Positions 9,465 through 18,565 of a stretch of DNA of 64,000 nt are shown one piece after another. The notes under the pieces were generated by a model. The model saw only the letters and a program-made list of their open reading frames with translations. It was not told the DNA's origin and made no database searches. Position 1 is the first letter of the stretch, and every line of letters begins with the position of its first letter. The position numbers and the translations under genes are program-made. This DNA comes from Candidatus Levyibacteriota bacterium (lineage in GTDB: Bacteria; Patescibacteriota; Microgenomatia; Levybacterales; UBA12049): contig JAYRIM010000017.1 of the NCBI GenBank assembly GCA_041906785.1, positions 210-64,209 of the forward strand, given 5' to 3'.

Positions 9465-10015
9465 TTAATTTTTTTAAACATCCAGATTTCATCCAAAAAT
9501 CCTTCTTGATAACGCACAGCTTGAGGCATCCTTCCTGCTTCTACAAATCCAAGTTTTTCATAAACATGATATGCTCTATCATTCGTACTATATACCTTCA
9601 AATCGACCATAGTAAAGCCTAACTTTTCTGCTTCCTTGAGTAAAAGACTTAATAATTCAGTACCAATACCCTGTCCTCTAAATTCCTTTGCAACTGAAAT
9701 GCCTATTCGTCCAATATGTTCATTTCTTTTTCCTCTTCGAGAAATTCCACAGTTTCCTATTAAAACACCATTAACAAATGCATATAAATGACAACCATTT
9801 CTCAGTTCCATCTCTTCAAGAACATGCGCTAAATATTCTGCTTCTTGTTGCTTCGTCATTACTTCACCACCTAATCGTAAAAATGTGTCTTCAGCACTCA
9901 GCAAATTGATATACCGCAAAATCTCATCAAGATCTTCCCACCTTGGGTAACGGACAATAACGTGATTATCCATTTTAGAGATGAAGGTATGTATAATTTT
10001 TCCAGTTTCAAGCAT
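9461..10015 (-). CDS. GNAT family N-acetyltransferase
   Basis: Acetyl-CoA motif A (RGQGIGTELL) and a GNAT beta-strand pattern. Confidence 0.8.
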   Translation of the reverse strand: MLETGKIIHTFISKMDNHVIVRYPRWEDLDEILRYINLLSAEDTFLRLGGEVMTKQQEAEYLAHVLEEMELRNGCHLYAFVNGVLIGNCGISRRGKRNEHIGRIGISVAKEFRGQGIGTELLSLLLKEAEKLGFTMVDLKVYSTNDRAYHVYEKLGFVEAGRMPQAVRYQEGFLDEIWMFKKIN

Positions 10016-10018
10016 GAC

Positions 10019-10303
10019 TTATTTCATCCCTCCGAGTAAGCCTCCGAGACCTCCGCTCATAGATGCCAGTTCTTTCGCTGCTACTTCTTGAGACTTTTTA
10101 ATAGCTTCATTTACTGCGTCTTTAATATCGTTATCAGATGCATTACTTGTTTCTAATGTTTTAATTTTTGAATCACCTGTTATCTCAATATGCACATTTT
10201 TTTTATCAACAGCGATAATTTTCGCTTGTAAAAGTCGTTGAATTTGCATCGCTTGATCCCGCATCTTTTTTAATTCACCAAGTTGTCCAAATGGATTCAT
10301 CAT
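10019..10303 (-). CDS. ybaB: Nucleoid-associated protein YbaB/EbfC
   Basis: 94 aa. Family-typical N-terminus (MMNPFGQLGELKKMRDQAMQIQ) and C-terminal GGLGGLLGGM tail. Sits in the conserved dnaX-ybaB-recR neighbourhood. Confidence 0.85.
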   Translation of the reverse strand: MMNPFGQLGELKKMRDQAMQIQRLLQAKIIAVDKKNVHIEITGDSKIKTLETSNASDNDIKDAVNEAIKKSQEVAAKELASMSGGLGGLLGGMK

Positions 10304-10359
10304 AATCTACACCTCCTCCCATATAATTCTATTTTAGCATGTTCTACAAAAATAATGTC

Positions 10360-10470
10360 TATTCTCACGAATCTTGCGAAATGTTTACGAAATATGCGAA
10401 AAGAACAATAGTTATTTCGCGATATTCGCAAATAGATTCGTGATTTTCGTGAAAGATATGATACTAAAAT
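10360..10470. promoter_or_regulatory. Dyad-symmetric array of (A/G)CGAAAT / ATTTCG(C/T) motifs between dnaX and ybaB
   Basis: Three direct GCGAAAT-like words are followed by four inverted ATTTCGNGA-like words (ttgcgaaat...acgaaat...gcgaaaag // atttcgcgat attcgcaaa gattcgtga ttttcgtga). Confidence 0.35.
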
Positions 10471-10498
10471 CAGTTATTTATAACACGCTAAAAAAACC

Positions 10499-12118
10499 TT
10501 ACGACTTCAGTACTACTTCAACCTTTATAGTATTTCCAGTAAGAACTTTACATGCTTCTTCGAGAATAGCACGTGTTTTTGCTTGATCTAACCGTTCTTT
10601 GTGAAACGTATAAGCAGTTTCAATAACTAATGTTTTTTTATCAAATTGTTTTATCATACATCCACGTAAAACCCCCGCAATAGTATGATTGTGCTTTTTC
10701 ATTTCTCCGATAAGCGCTTGCCAGAAGCTCCCCAACCATTCTGCTGTAATCTCTGTATTTGAAGTTTGTAATAAATCGATTGATGGTTTCACATCTCCTG
10801 CTTTTTGTTCATCTGTTGCTATTTTTTCTTCACCATATAACGCCTTTACCCGCGCCAAATCCCCAAGTTGTTTTCTCATGCTCGCCACTGTAACTCCGTT
10901 ACTAGAAGGTTTGCTAATAGTTACCTTCGTAGTCTCTGTAACTTCGACCTTTTCCGTTTCATGTAAAGTTGTATAATCAATAATTGCTAATTCTAAAGGC
11001 AGCTGCGGCACAACTGCATACTTCATCTCCTGTATCACTCTACCCAATAAATCAAGCAAAACTTTTATTTGTTCAATAGGTAATTCTGCATTCTGAATTC
11101 TAGATTCTGAACTCTGTAAGACTCCAACTTTTACTAATAACAGGCTATGCAACGTGTCGAACAACTGTTCTGTAAAAGTTTTTATGTCTACACCCTCAGC
11201 CACGACTTGTTCGATACGTTTTATTCCTTCTTTAGTATCCTTTTTCTGCAAACTTTCAATAATACTTAATACTTGATATTTGATACTTGATACCTTATAT
11301 CGTTTTTCTAGAAGATCAAGCGTTATATGTTTCTCTCCCATCGAGACTAATTCTTCGAGAATCTTATGAGCATCACGAAATCCTCCATCTGCCAAATGGA
11401 CAATTGATTCAATAGCAGCTTCATCAATATCCAATTTCTCATTCTCTGCAATTCGTTTGAAAGAGCGGGCAATCTCTTCTTTTGTGGCAGGAGAAAACTG
11501 TACTTGAAAACATCGAGAGATAATCGTTGCAGGTACCTTTTGCAATTCTGTCGTACAAAGAATAAACATCGCATGAGCTGGAGGCTCTTCTAGGGTTTTT
11601 AAAAGTGCATTAAATGCCTCAGTAGTAAGCATGTGAACTTCATCTATGATATATATTTTTTTTCGAGCTGAGAGTGGAGAGAGTTTTATTTTTTCCCGTA
11701 AATCCCGAATCTCATCAATCCCTCGATTCGATGCTGCATCTATTTCAAGAACATCCAAATTCGCACCGTTTGTTATAGAAATACATTGCTCACATGCATT
11801 ACACGGCTCCAATCGGTTGTCAGTTGTGGGTTGTGAGTTATCAGTTAACTCTTCAGAAGACTTTTTATTTTTGAGTTTTAATTTTGAGTTTTGACTTTTG
11901 AATTTTGAATTGTTTTCACAATTCACAACCTTCGCAACAATTCTCGCCGTAGATGTTTTTCCTAAACCTTTCGGACCAGTGAAGAGAAAAGCATGGGGTG
12001 GTTCCGGTAAAGATAAAACAGCTGTTAATGTCTTTCTAATATATTCACTATCTAAGTCATCTATTTTTTGTGGACGATATTTTCTGTAATAAACCATACT
12101 ATGAAAATTAAAAATCAA
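10499..12118 (-). CDS. dnaX: DNA polymerase III subunit gamma/tau
   Basis: Walker A (GPKGLGKTS), zinc module (C...PCNACEQC), IYIIDEVHML, SRC motif (SRCFQ). A roughly 33-aa low-complexity insert (NSKFKSQNSKLKLKNKKSSEE...) splits the Zn module. Confidence 0.9.
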   Translation of the reverse strand: MIFNFHSMVYYRKYRPQKIDDLDSEYIRKTLTAVLSLPEPPHAFLFTGPKGLGKTSTARIVAKVVNCENNSKFKSQNSKLKLKNKKSSEELTDNSQPTTDNRLEPCNACEQCISITNGANLDVLEIDAASNRGIDEIRDLREKIKLSPLSARKKIYIIDEVHMLTTEAFNALLKTLEEPPAHAMFILCTTELQKVPATIISRCFQVQFSPATKEEIARSFKRIAENEKLDIDEAAIESIVHLADGGFRDAHKILEELVSMGEKHITLDLLEKRYKVSSIKYQVLSIIESLQKKDTKEGIKRIEQVVAEGVDIKTFTEQLFDTLHSLLLVKVGVLQSSESRIQNAELPIEQIKVLLDLLGRVIQEMKYAVVPQLPLELAIIDYTTLHETEKVEVTETTKVTISKPSSNGVTVASMRKQLGDLARVKALYGEEKIATDEQKAGDVKPSIDLLQTSNTEITAEWLGSFWQALIGEMKKHNHTIAGVLRGCMIKQFDKKTLVIETAYTFHKERLDQAKTRAILEEACKVLTGNTIKVEVVLKS

Positions 12119-12198
12119 AATTCAAAAGCGTTTGAGGAAAAGAAGAGTCTTTAACTTTTTACTTGAAATTTTGACTTTTGACTTTTAACTTTTGACTT

Positions 12199-12591
12199 TT
12201 ATTCATGGTGTATTCCTAGTAAGTGCATCATTGAATGCCTTATTAACTCATCTATTTTTTCATCTACTAATACTTCATCCCTCGCTGCTTCTACAAGAAC
12301 TTGAGGATAAGAAATAATAATATCTCCAAGCCGGGTAATTGTAGTATCCTGGGGCATAACTGTTGCCTCACCTTCGCCTAAGGGAAATGATAAGACATTG
12401 GTTGTTTTATCGAGATTACGATATTTTTTATTTAAAGCCTTCATTTTCCGATCCCCGACCACAGCTAAAGAAACTTCAACAGCTGTTGAAACACTATTCT
12501 CACTCAGCACAGAAAGTACTGTTTTCTTCATCCTTTTCCTGTTTACTTTATATCTGCTCTCAACAAAAATGAGAACTTTAGAAGAATTCAT
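12199..12591 (-). CDS. ybeY: rRNA maturation endoribonuclease YbeY
   Basis: C-terminal metal-binding H-x-x-x-H-x-x-x-x-x-H motif (HSMMHLLGIHHE). About 130 aa. Confidence 0.8.
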   Translation of the reverse strand: MNSSKVLIFVESRYKVNRKRMKKTVLSVLSENSVSTAVEVSLAVVGDRKMKALNKKYRNLDKTTNVLSFPLGEGEATVMPQDTTITRLGDIIISYPQVLVEAARDEVLVDEKIDELIRHSMMHLLGIHHE

Positions 12592-12691
12592 ATACGAATT
12601 TCTACAAACTAGATCCGAATTGTTCCGAATTATGAAATATTATTCGTAGCAATTAGGATTAAAAACATTTTTATTCGGATTTATTCGTAGC

Positions 12692-12874
12692 TTAGTGTGT
12701 TCGACGTTTTAAACGACGTAAATGCTGTTCTGCAAGCTTCTTTTTCTCTTGCTTGTTTAAATGAAAACGTCTATCTTTCACTTCTTGAATGATATTCGAC
12801 TCAACAACTTTACGAGTAAAGTTTTTAATAAGTTGGTCATCACTTTGGCCTGGTACTTTTTTAACAAAAACCAT
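12692..12874 (-). CDS. rpsU: 30S ribosomal protein bS21
   Basis: 60 aa, very basic, with the RRLKRR C-terminus. Strong SD (AAAGGAGGTG) 8 nt upstream. Confidence 0.85.
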   Translation of the reverse strand: MVFVKKVPGQSDDQLIKNFTRKVVESNIIQEVKDRRFHLNKQEKKKLAEQHLRRLKRRTH

Positions 12875-12894
12875 ATATTAATACACCTCCTTTA

Positions 12895-12978
12895 GGAAAG
12901 AACCAAAAGAGACAAAAGAGCCATAAGAGCCAGAGGTAATCACATTTGTCTCATTTGGCTCCTTGGTCTCCTCTGGAA
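12895..12978 (-). repeat. Imperfect hairpin made of 9-nt periodic CTC(N)T(N)TGG / CCA(N)A(N)GAG words in the rpsU 5' leader (copy 1 of 2)
   Basis: Left arm ccaaaagag-acaaaagag-ccataagag-ccagagg. Right arm catttgtct-catttggct-ccttggtct-cctctgg. The same word family recurs at 31741-31850 in the glyA leader. Confidence 0.5.
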
Positions 12979-13104
12979 CCTTTAACTTCCTATTTTACTC
13001 CAAATGCCCTATAGGTGCAAACTGAAGAACTACAAAAGACGCAAAGTTGCATAGTTACAAAGTTTCACAGTAAAAACTCTGCATCTATGAATCTTTGCAA
13101 CTCT

Positions 13105-13506
13105 TCAAGCACTCTGGAGCTTCTCTTTAATCTTCTCCAAGGATTCACGTAGCGGATGTTTAACAACACCTTGTAACGCATGACCTCCATCTGTCTCCCA
13201 GCGTGGAATAAGATGAATATGGAGATGAGGAACTCCTCGTTTTTCTTTATGATTAATACCTATTGTGATAGAATCACATTCTAAAGCTTTTTCTAACTTC
13301 TGTACGACGATTTGCGCAGTAGCCATCGCTTTTCCTAATTCTTCTTGTGTATACTCTAAAATATTATTTCCGTGCTTTTTAAGAATTACAAGAGTATGAC
13401 CTGGCGCTGAGGGTGTAACATCAAGAAATGCCATTGTCTCCTCTGTTTCATAAATCGAACTAACTGGTATTTCTTTTTTGACTATTTTACAAAATATATC
13501 ATCCAT
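13105..13506 (-). CDS. HIT family hydrolase (Hint-like)
   Basis: Histidine-triad motif HLHIHLIP. Confidence 0.85.
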   Translation of the reverse strand: MDDIFCKIVKKEIPVSSIYETEETMAFLDVTPSAPGHTLVILKKHGNNILEYTQEELGKAMATAQIVVQKLEKALECDSITIGINHKEKRGVPHLHIHLIPRWETDGGHALQGVVKHPLRESLEKIKEKLQSA

Positions 13507-13615
13507 AATATAAAATTGTTATATTGCTATAGTGTTTTATTGTTAAGTTAAATTCCTTCCCCCAAGAGAGAAGGTCAGGATGAGGAAACAATAGAGCAAT
13601 AAAACAATATAACAA
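13507..13615. repeat. Inverted-repeat pair of about 28 nt (TTGTTATATTGCTATAGTGTTTTATTG // CAATAGAGCAATAAAACAATATAACAA) enclosing a 45-nt spacer
   Basis: Visible by reverse-complement reading. Sits between the DHH phosphoesterase stop and the HIT start. Same architecture as the IR pairs that bound the four-helix-bundle cassettes, but with no cargo. Confidence 0.5.
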
Positions 13616-14635
13616 TTACTGATAGAGTTTTTCAAGCACTTTTATTATTTGATCTAAAGATAAAGTCGTGGGTACCATTTTCGGATTTTTAACACTTCCA
13701 TTTAATAGCATTTTTTTACTGACATGAAGAAACCAAGTCGCCCCAGCATCCATCTTTTTTAATTGCTCATACGCAAGAGTCAAATCAATTCCTTGTGAGA
13801 TTTCCGCCTTTGACCCCTTTGGCTCTTCTGTCTCATATATCCCCTCTGCTCTATTTGGAAGTGTTTTAATCGATACATGACCTCTTCTCGGATCTTTTCT
13901 AATAACTAATACATATCCTTTCTTCTGTGCTAACTTTACGACCGACTCATTCGCACTTAACAAACCTATTGCTTTTCCATACTTTGTCTTAAATTCAATA
14001 GCATTTCCTGCTTCTTCTCCGTCAATTTTTGATTTTTGCTCTCGGCCTGAGCTCGAGCCGAAGGCATTTTTAATTTTTAATTCTCTTTCTGCCCATACTT
14101 TATTTTCAAAGTATGATAATAAATAATCTAAATTCGTACAGCCGAATTCTACATAATAGTCATCCTCCCCAGGTTTTTTATACTGTAACCCTTCGTTAAT
14201 ACCGAAAAGTGAAAAATCATGGTAATCAGCATCTGCTTGGGGACGAAAAACTTCTTGGAAATGGTCATACGCTACGACAAGGGATACAATTCGTGAAATT
14301 GCTTCTACTGCTTGCTCTTTTAATGGCTGTTCTGATACCTGACGCTGGCTTTGGACGAAATCCCAAGCACGCTTAGCACCGCAAGTGTTTTGATCAGGTG
14401 TTTGATGATGATCCAATGGTCCTAGACCAGTGTCTACATGGATAATCTCTGTATTCCCAATAGTAAGTACAGGCTCGGATTCAAATTCGGGATGATTTTT
14501 AACTCTATCGCTTCGCAGACCAGCAGGTACAAATTCTATATCTGCCTTTTCCCAGCCAGGTAAGAAACGTTTTAATACCCAAACTGATGTAATCGCATCA
14601 AGGTCTGGCGACATATGAGTGACAATAATTTTCAT
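13616..14635 (-). CDS. DHH-family phosphoesterase (NrnA-like)
   Basis: N-terminal HMSPDLDAITS (DHH motif I/II) and GLGPLDHHQ (DHH motif III). Confidence 0.75.
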   Translation of the reverse strand: MKIIVTHMSPDLDAITSVWVLKRFLPGWEKADIEFVPAGLRSDRVKNHPEFESEPVLTIGNTEIIHVDTGLGPLDHHQTPDQNTCGAKRAWDFVQSQRQVSEQPLKEQAVEAISRIVSLVVAYDHFQEVFRPQADADYHDFSLFGINEGLQYKKPGEDDYYVEFGCTNLDYLLSYFENKVWAERELKIKNAFGSSSGREQKSKIDGEEAGNAIEFKTKYGKAIGLLSANESVVKLAQKKGYVLVIRKDPRRGHVSIKTLPNRAEGIYETEEPKGSKAEISQGIDLTLAYEQLKKMDAGATWFLHVSKKMLLNGSVKNPKMVPTTLSLDQIIKVLEKLYQ

Positions 14636-14861
14636 AATGGCTTTAAGTATACCATACCATTATTTTTAGTTTAAACTCCTATTTCTAAAGCATCAAAATT
14701 AAAAATGAAAAGATAAAAGTTAAAAATTGGATTTTATATTTTTTAATTTTGAATTGTAACTTTTCATTTTTCACTTTTAACTTTTAATTCCTTCCTAGAA
14801 CTATTTTTACTTGACAAATGATTAATGATACGGGATCATAAATATATACCAAAGTTTTTTT

Positions 14862-15314
14862 ATGGACCAAAATCAGCTTAACAATCTCGATCCAAAACTT
14901 CGTGAGGCTTATGAACGTGTCATGGGCACAACTACACCTCCAGGAAATCAAACAACTTCGGAATTAACTGTTGAAGATAAGCCAGCTGAACCGCAAACGC
15001 AGACGTTCACTCCTGAACCGTCAACATCACAAACTGACCATCCTGTTTCTACCGAAGAAAAACCCGTAGAGATGCGAGCTCCAGTCATGCCGCAGCCGGC
15101 ACCACAGACACAAGAACCAACCACCACCAATATGTTTACGGGTAATCCCCAAGTAGCTGCAGCCGGAACACAAACATTTCTCGCAGAAGAAGTAGCAGGA
15201 GCGAAACAAAGCTTAAAAATGATTCAACTATTATATATTGCAGGTGGAATTATTTTCTTCGTGGTGTATGCGTTATTCTGGATGAAGTTCTTCCAAGTCA
15301 CCCCTTCATTCTAG
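14862..15314 (+). CDS. Pro/Thr/Gln-rich protein with a C-terminal TM anchor
   Basis: Low-complexity PQT-rich region followed by IQLLYIAGGIIFFVVYALFWM. Confidence 0.4.
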   Translation: MDQNQLNNLDPKLREAYERVMGTTTPPGNQTTSELTVEDKPAEPQTQTFTPEPSTSQTDHPVSTEEKPVEMRAPVMPQPAPQTQEPTTTNMFTGNPQVAAAGTQTFLAEEVAGAKQSLKMIQLLYIAGGIIFFVVYALFWMKFFQVTPSF

Positions 15315-15362
15315 AATTTGTTGTTTTATTTCTTTAAATCTCTGAAGCTTTGACTCTCTTCT

Positions 15363-17702
15363 TTATCCTCGTTGATTAAATGCAGCTCCTATACTATCTG
15401 CGTTTGCAGCTCCAAATGCTCCAAGCGCTCCAGCCCCAAGAGCATATGGCATTCCACCAGTCTGGAATGCCGTGTATAAGCCAAGCGCAGCCAGCAATCC
15501 CCAAAGGAATTTCGTCTTAACATCCAGAAGTACGCCTGCTTGTTCTAATGCAGCGATTCGGCCTTTGATAGCTTTATTATTCTCAACGGCACCCATCACC
15601 ATAGTGCTATACTTATCAGCTATTAACTTCCATTCATGATCTTTCAGAGTTAGTGGTCCACTTCCCATCATAAGGAATCCACCCAGCTTATCTCTCATTG
15701 TTCTTTCAGACACAAATGACATAAATAATTTATTTCGATATTGTTCTTGCATACCTGTTAGAACCTCACGAAGTCTTTGTTGCGTCTTTTCATCGTATTG
15801 AGTTAATTGAACATTTCTCCACCAATCCGCATCAGCAGTCGTATCAACTCCCTGTGGAGCCACACCTAAATCACGTAACATGAGACGCTGTAAAGCTAAA
15901 TCACCATCTTTAGAACTTGGATCACCATTATATGCAAGATATAGAATATCAGTTCGAATGTTATCATAACGAACTGTTTTACTTCTCGTTTCATCATTAA
16001 GAAGAACCCATCTATCGCGAATAACCTCTCCTAATGTCTCCATATTTTTCGCTTTTTCCTCTTCACCTTTCTTTCTCGCTTCTTCTGCCTGGTCTTTTAT
16101 ATATGCATCTTGGATTTTATTCATGTCATCAATTCTGGCATCTAAAACATCCAAGACAGATTCAGAAAGAACATTATCAAGTCCATCAATTAAATCTGTT
16201 TCTTGCTCAAGCCTTCTTGCCCTACTTGATTTTAAGTTTTTCTCTGCTTCATCCTTTCTCGCTTTTATCGTCTCATCTGCTGCCTTCTTCGTCTGAGCAG
16301 CTTCAACAGCTTTTGCTGTATCTCCTGCAAATGAACTTACATATGCACCTCTTTGATCTTTTGTGGTATTTGTCGCAGCCATGATCGTATCGTAATCTTG
16401 GGCTTTACCAGTAAATTCCTGTTCTGCAGCATTTTTCGCATCATCATCTGCTCCTTTTCGGATTTCCTCGTTCTTTATTTTATCTCTTGCAGCTTTCTTG
16501 TCATCAATTAACTTTTTTAAACGAACTTCCTCTAATTGTGTAGCTCTTCTATCACCTCTCTGTATTTCCTCAAGCCTTTTTTCTAAATCTGTAACCTCTT
16601 TCTCTGCATTTCTATATTTTGTAATAAGCTTTATATCCTCATCCTTTAAACCTTTATTCTCAAATGCTTGAGCGCGGAGACCATGAACGACATCTTCAAA
16701 TGTCGCACCTTCTTCTAATTTCTTCTTAATACTAGCTGTAAAATTCTCTACAGTAAGATCTACTTCATTTCCGGTAGCTGGATCTATTCCTTTCACTTCA
16801 ACAGGTTTCACTCCGAAAGTCATCGCTGCTTTCGCTATAGCAGCAGCTTTTTCATCTAATGTCTTATCTGCTTCTTTTTTATCTTCCTCTGCTTTTATAC
16901 TAGCTTCATCTTTCTTTTCTGCAGTGAGACGTCCAGCTGCTGTTTTCATCTCTGCCATTTTTTCAAGAAGTTTCTGTCTCACTGCCGGATCACTCATTAA
17001 ATATACGTCCACAAAAGTACGTTGAGCATTTTGGTCTCTTACCTCGTTTAGCTGCTTACCATACAATTGTTGAATTGCTGGAGTGTTAATGAGAAGATCT
17101 AAACTTTGATCACGAAGCTCATAAAACTCATCTTCTGTCATCTTACCATCTTTTGTTGGAGTTTCTAATGCAGTTTCTAATAAAACAACTAGATAATCCC
17201 GTCCTGTTTTTTCAGCTTCAGCTTGTGCCCTCTGGACGATATCTGTATATGTGAGAACTTTATTCAGATTTTCTACTTGCTTCTCTCCTGCTTTAATTTT
17301 ATCCTTTAACTCTTTCACCTCATCGGGTGTTAACCCCTCCTCATCGATAACTGGTTCATCATTAACTTTTTTAACTGTCCCATCCGCTTCGGTTTTCACT
17401 CTACCCCCACCGAAAGACGCCTTCATCTCTTTCTGGGCTTTATCATCAAATGTGGCTTCTTTATCTGCCTTTTCCTTTCTATTCTTCGCTCGAGCTGCTT
17501 CAATCTCCGCTTTTCCATCTCGAGGAGCATCTGGCTTTCTCCGTGATCTGATGCGCTCTGCTGCTTCGAGGCTCTCCTGAATCTGGCGGTCTCGCTGTAA
17601 TCTTTGGAGCAATGGACGATCTGCCTGTCTATCTGTATGATAAACAGCTTCTGCATGAGTAATTCTCGCTGAATCGGGTGACGCTGGTGCTGCTGCTGCC
17701 AT
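15363..17702 (-). CDS. Large K/E-rich coiled-coil protein (779 aa) with a C-terminal membrane anchor
   Basis: Hundreds of residues of heptad-like charged sequence. The C-terminus FLWGLLAALGLYTAFQTGGMPYALGAGALGAFGAA is hydrophobic and Gly-zipper-like. Confidence 0.5.
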   Translation of the reverse strand: MAAAAPASPDSARITHAEAVYHTDRQADRPLLQRLQRDRQIQESLEAAERIRSRRKPDAPRDGKAEIEAARAKNRKEKADKEATFDDKAQKEMKASFGGGRVKTEADGTVKKVNDEPVIDEEGLTPDEVKELKDKIKAGEKQVENLNKVLTYTDIVQRAQAEAEKTGRDYLVVLLETALETPTKDGKMTEDEFYELRDQSLDLLINTPAIQQLYGKQLNEVRDQNAQRTFVDVYLMSDPAVRQKLLEKMAEMKTAAGRLTAEKKDEASIKAEEDKKEADKTLDEKAAAIAKAAMTFGVKPVEVKGIDPATGNEVDLTVENFTASIKKKLEEGATFEDVVHGLRAQAFENKGLKDEDIKLITKYRNAEKEVTDLEKRLEEIQRGDRRATQLEEVRLKKLIDDKKAARDKIKNEEIRKGADDDAKNAAEQEFTGKAQDYDTIMAATNTTKDQRGAYVSSFAGDTAKAVEAAQTKKAADETIKARKDEAEKNLKSSRARRLEQETDLIDGLDNVLSESVLDVLDARIDDMNKIQDAYIKDQAEEARKKGEEEKAKNMETLGEVIRDRWVLLNDETRSKTVRYDNIRTDILYLAYNGDPSSKDGDLALQRLMLRDLGVAPQGVDTTADADWWRNVQLTQYDEKTQQRLREVLTGMQEQYRNKLFMSFVSERTMRDKLGGFLMMGSGPLTLKDHEWKLIADKYSTMVMGAVENNKAIKGRIAALEQAGVLLDVKTKFLWGLLAALGLYTAFQTGGMPYALGAGALGAFGAANADSIGAAFNQRG

Positions 17703-17706
17703 AGTA

Positions 17707-18015
17707 TTATTTTTGCAATTTTTGTAACTCTTCCTGCACTTTTTTCATTAACTCATCTTTTTCAAACTCTAAATAAACCGGTCGATATACTTCCCATTGA
17801 TCTGCAAGTTGCTTAAGAAATAAAAGTAATTCACTTTTTGTTTTTAATATATCCAGTTTTGTTGCGATGAGTTCGGCTGAATCTTCAGAATCTTGCGCGT
17901 TGAAAAATTCTGGATTCTTCATTTCTAAACCTTTTATCATCGCATCAGCCAGTAATTCATATACACGTGACCGTAATTCTTCACTTATTGGCTGATTCTG
18001 ATTATCATCTGACAT
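17707..18015 (-). CDS. Small conserved protein, paralog A (102 aa)
   Basis: Shares an 80-aa core with the next gene (SEELR..VYE(L/M)LADAMI.GLEM.NP..FN..DSE.SAELIAT.LD..KTK.ELLLFLK.L.D.WEVYRPVYLEF). Confidence 0.5.
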   Translation of the reverse strand: MSDDNQNQPISEELRSRVYELLADAMIKGLEMKNPEFFNAQDSEDSAELIATKLDILKTKSELLLFLKQLADQWEVYRPVYLEFEKDELMKKVQEELQKLQK

Positions 18016-18067
18016 ATACTATATGGTACCATGATTCAATAGAAATTTCTTACAATCCTTTTTCGTC

Positions 18068-18529
18068 TTATTTAGAATCTGAACTCATTTCTTTTAAGCG
18101 TTTCATTGCTTCTTCTATAGAGATATGTTCCATTGATTCACCCTTATTGCTTTTCCATTCAACAATAATACCAGCATGCCTCAACACATCATGATCTCCT
18201 CGAGCAAACGCTCTTTGTAAGTCATCTGAGTCTAAAGCCATATGAACAGGAACGAATTCGAGATAGACTGGTCTATATACTTCCCATCTGTCAGAGAGTT
18301 TTTTAAGAAAGAGGAGTAATTCATGTTTTGTCTTTATCTGATCAAGTGTTGTTGCTATAAGTTCAGCAGATACTTCCGAATCTTTAACATTAAAAATGTC
18401 TGGATTTAGCATCTCTAGACCTGTAATCATTGCATCTGCAAGCATTTCATATACTTTTTTTCGAAGCTCTTCACTAACAGAGTCATCAGGATTTATGGAA
18501 TGGTGAGCATGAATATGCGGATGCGCCAT
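18068..18529 (-). CDS. Small conserved protein, paralog B (153 aa) with a His-rich N-terminus and a C-terminal extension
   Basis: MAHPHIHAHHSINPDD N-terminus. Same core as 17707..18015, plus a 50-aa tail. Confidence 0.5.
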   Translation of the reverse strand: MAHPHIHAHHSINPDDSVSEELRKKVYEMLADAMITGLEMLNPDIFNVKDSEVSAELIATTLDQIKTKHELLLFLKKLSDRWEVYRPVYLEFVPVHMALDSDDLQRAFARGDHDVLRHAGIIVEWKSNKGESMEHISIEEAMKRLKEMSSDSK

Positions 18530-18565
18530 AGCTTTTTTAATAGTATAAGGTAGTACTATCTACTG

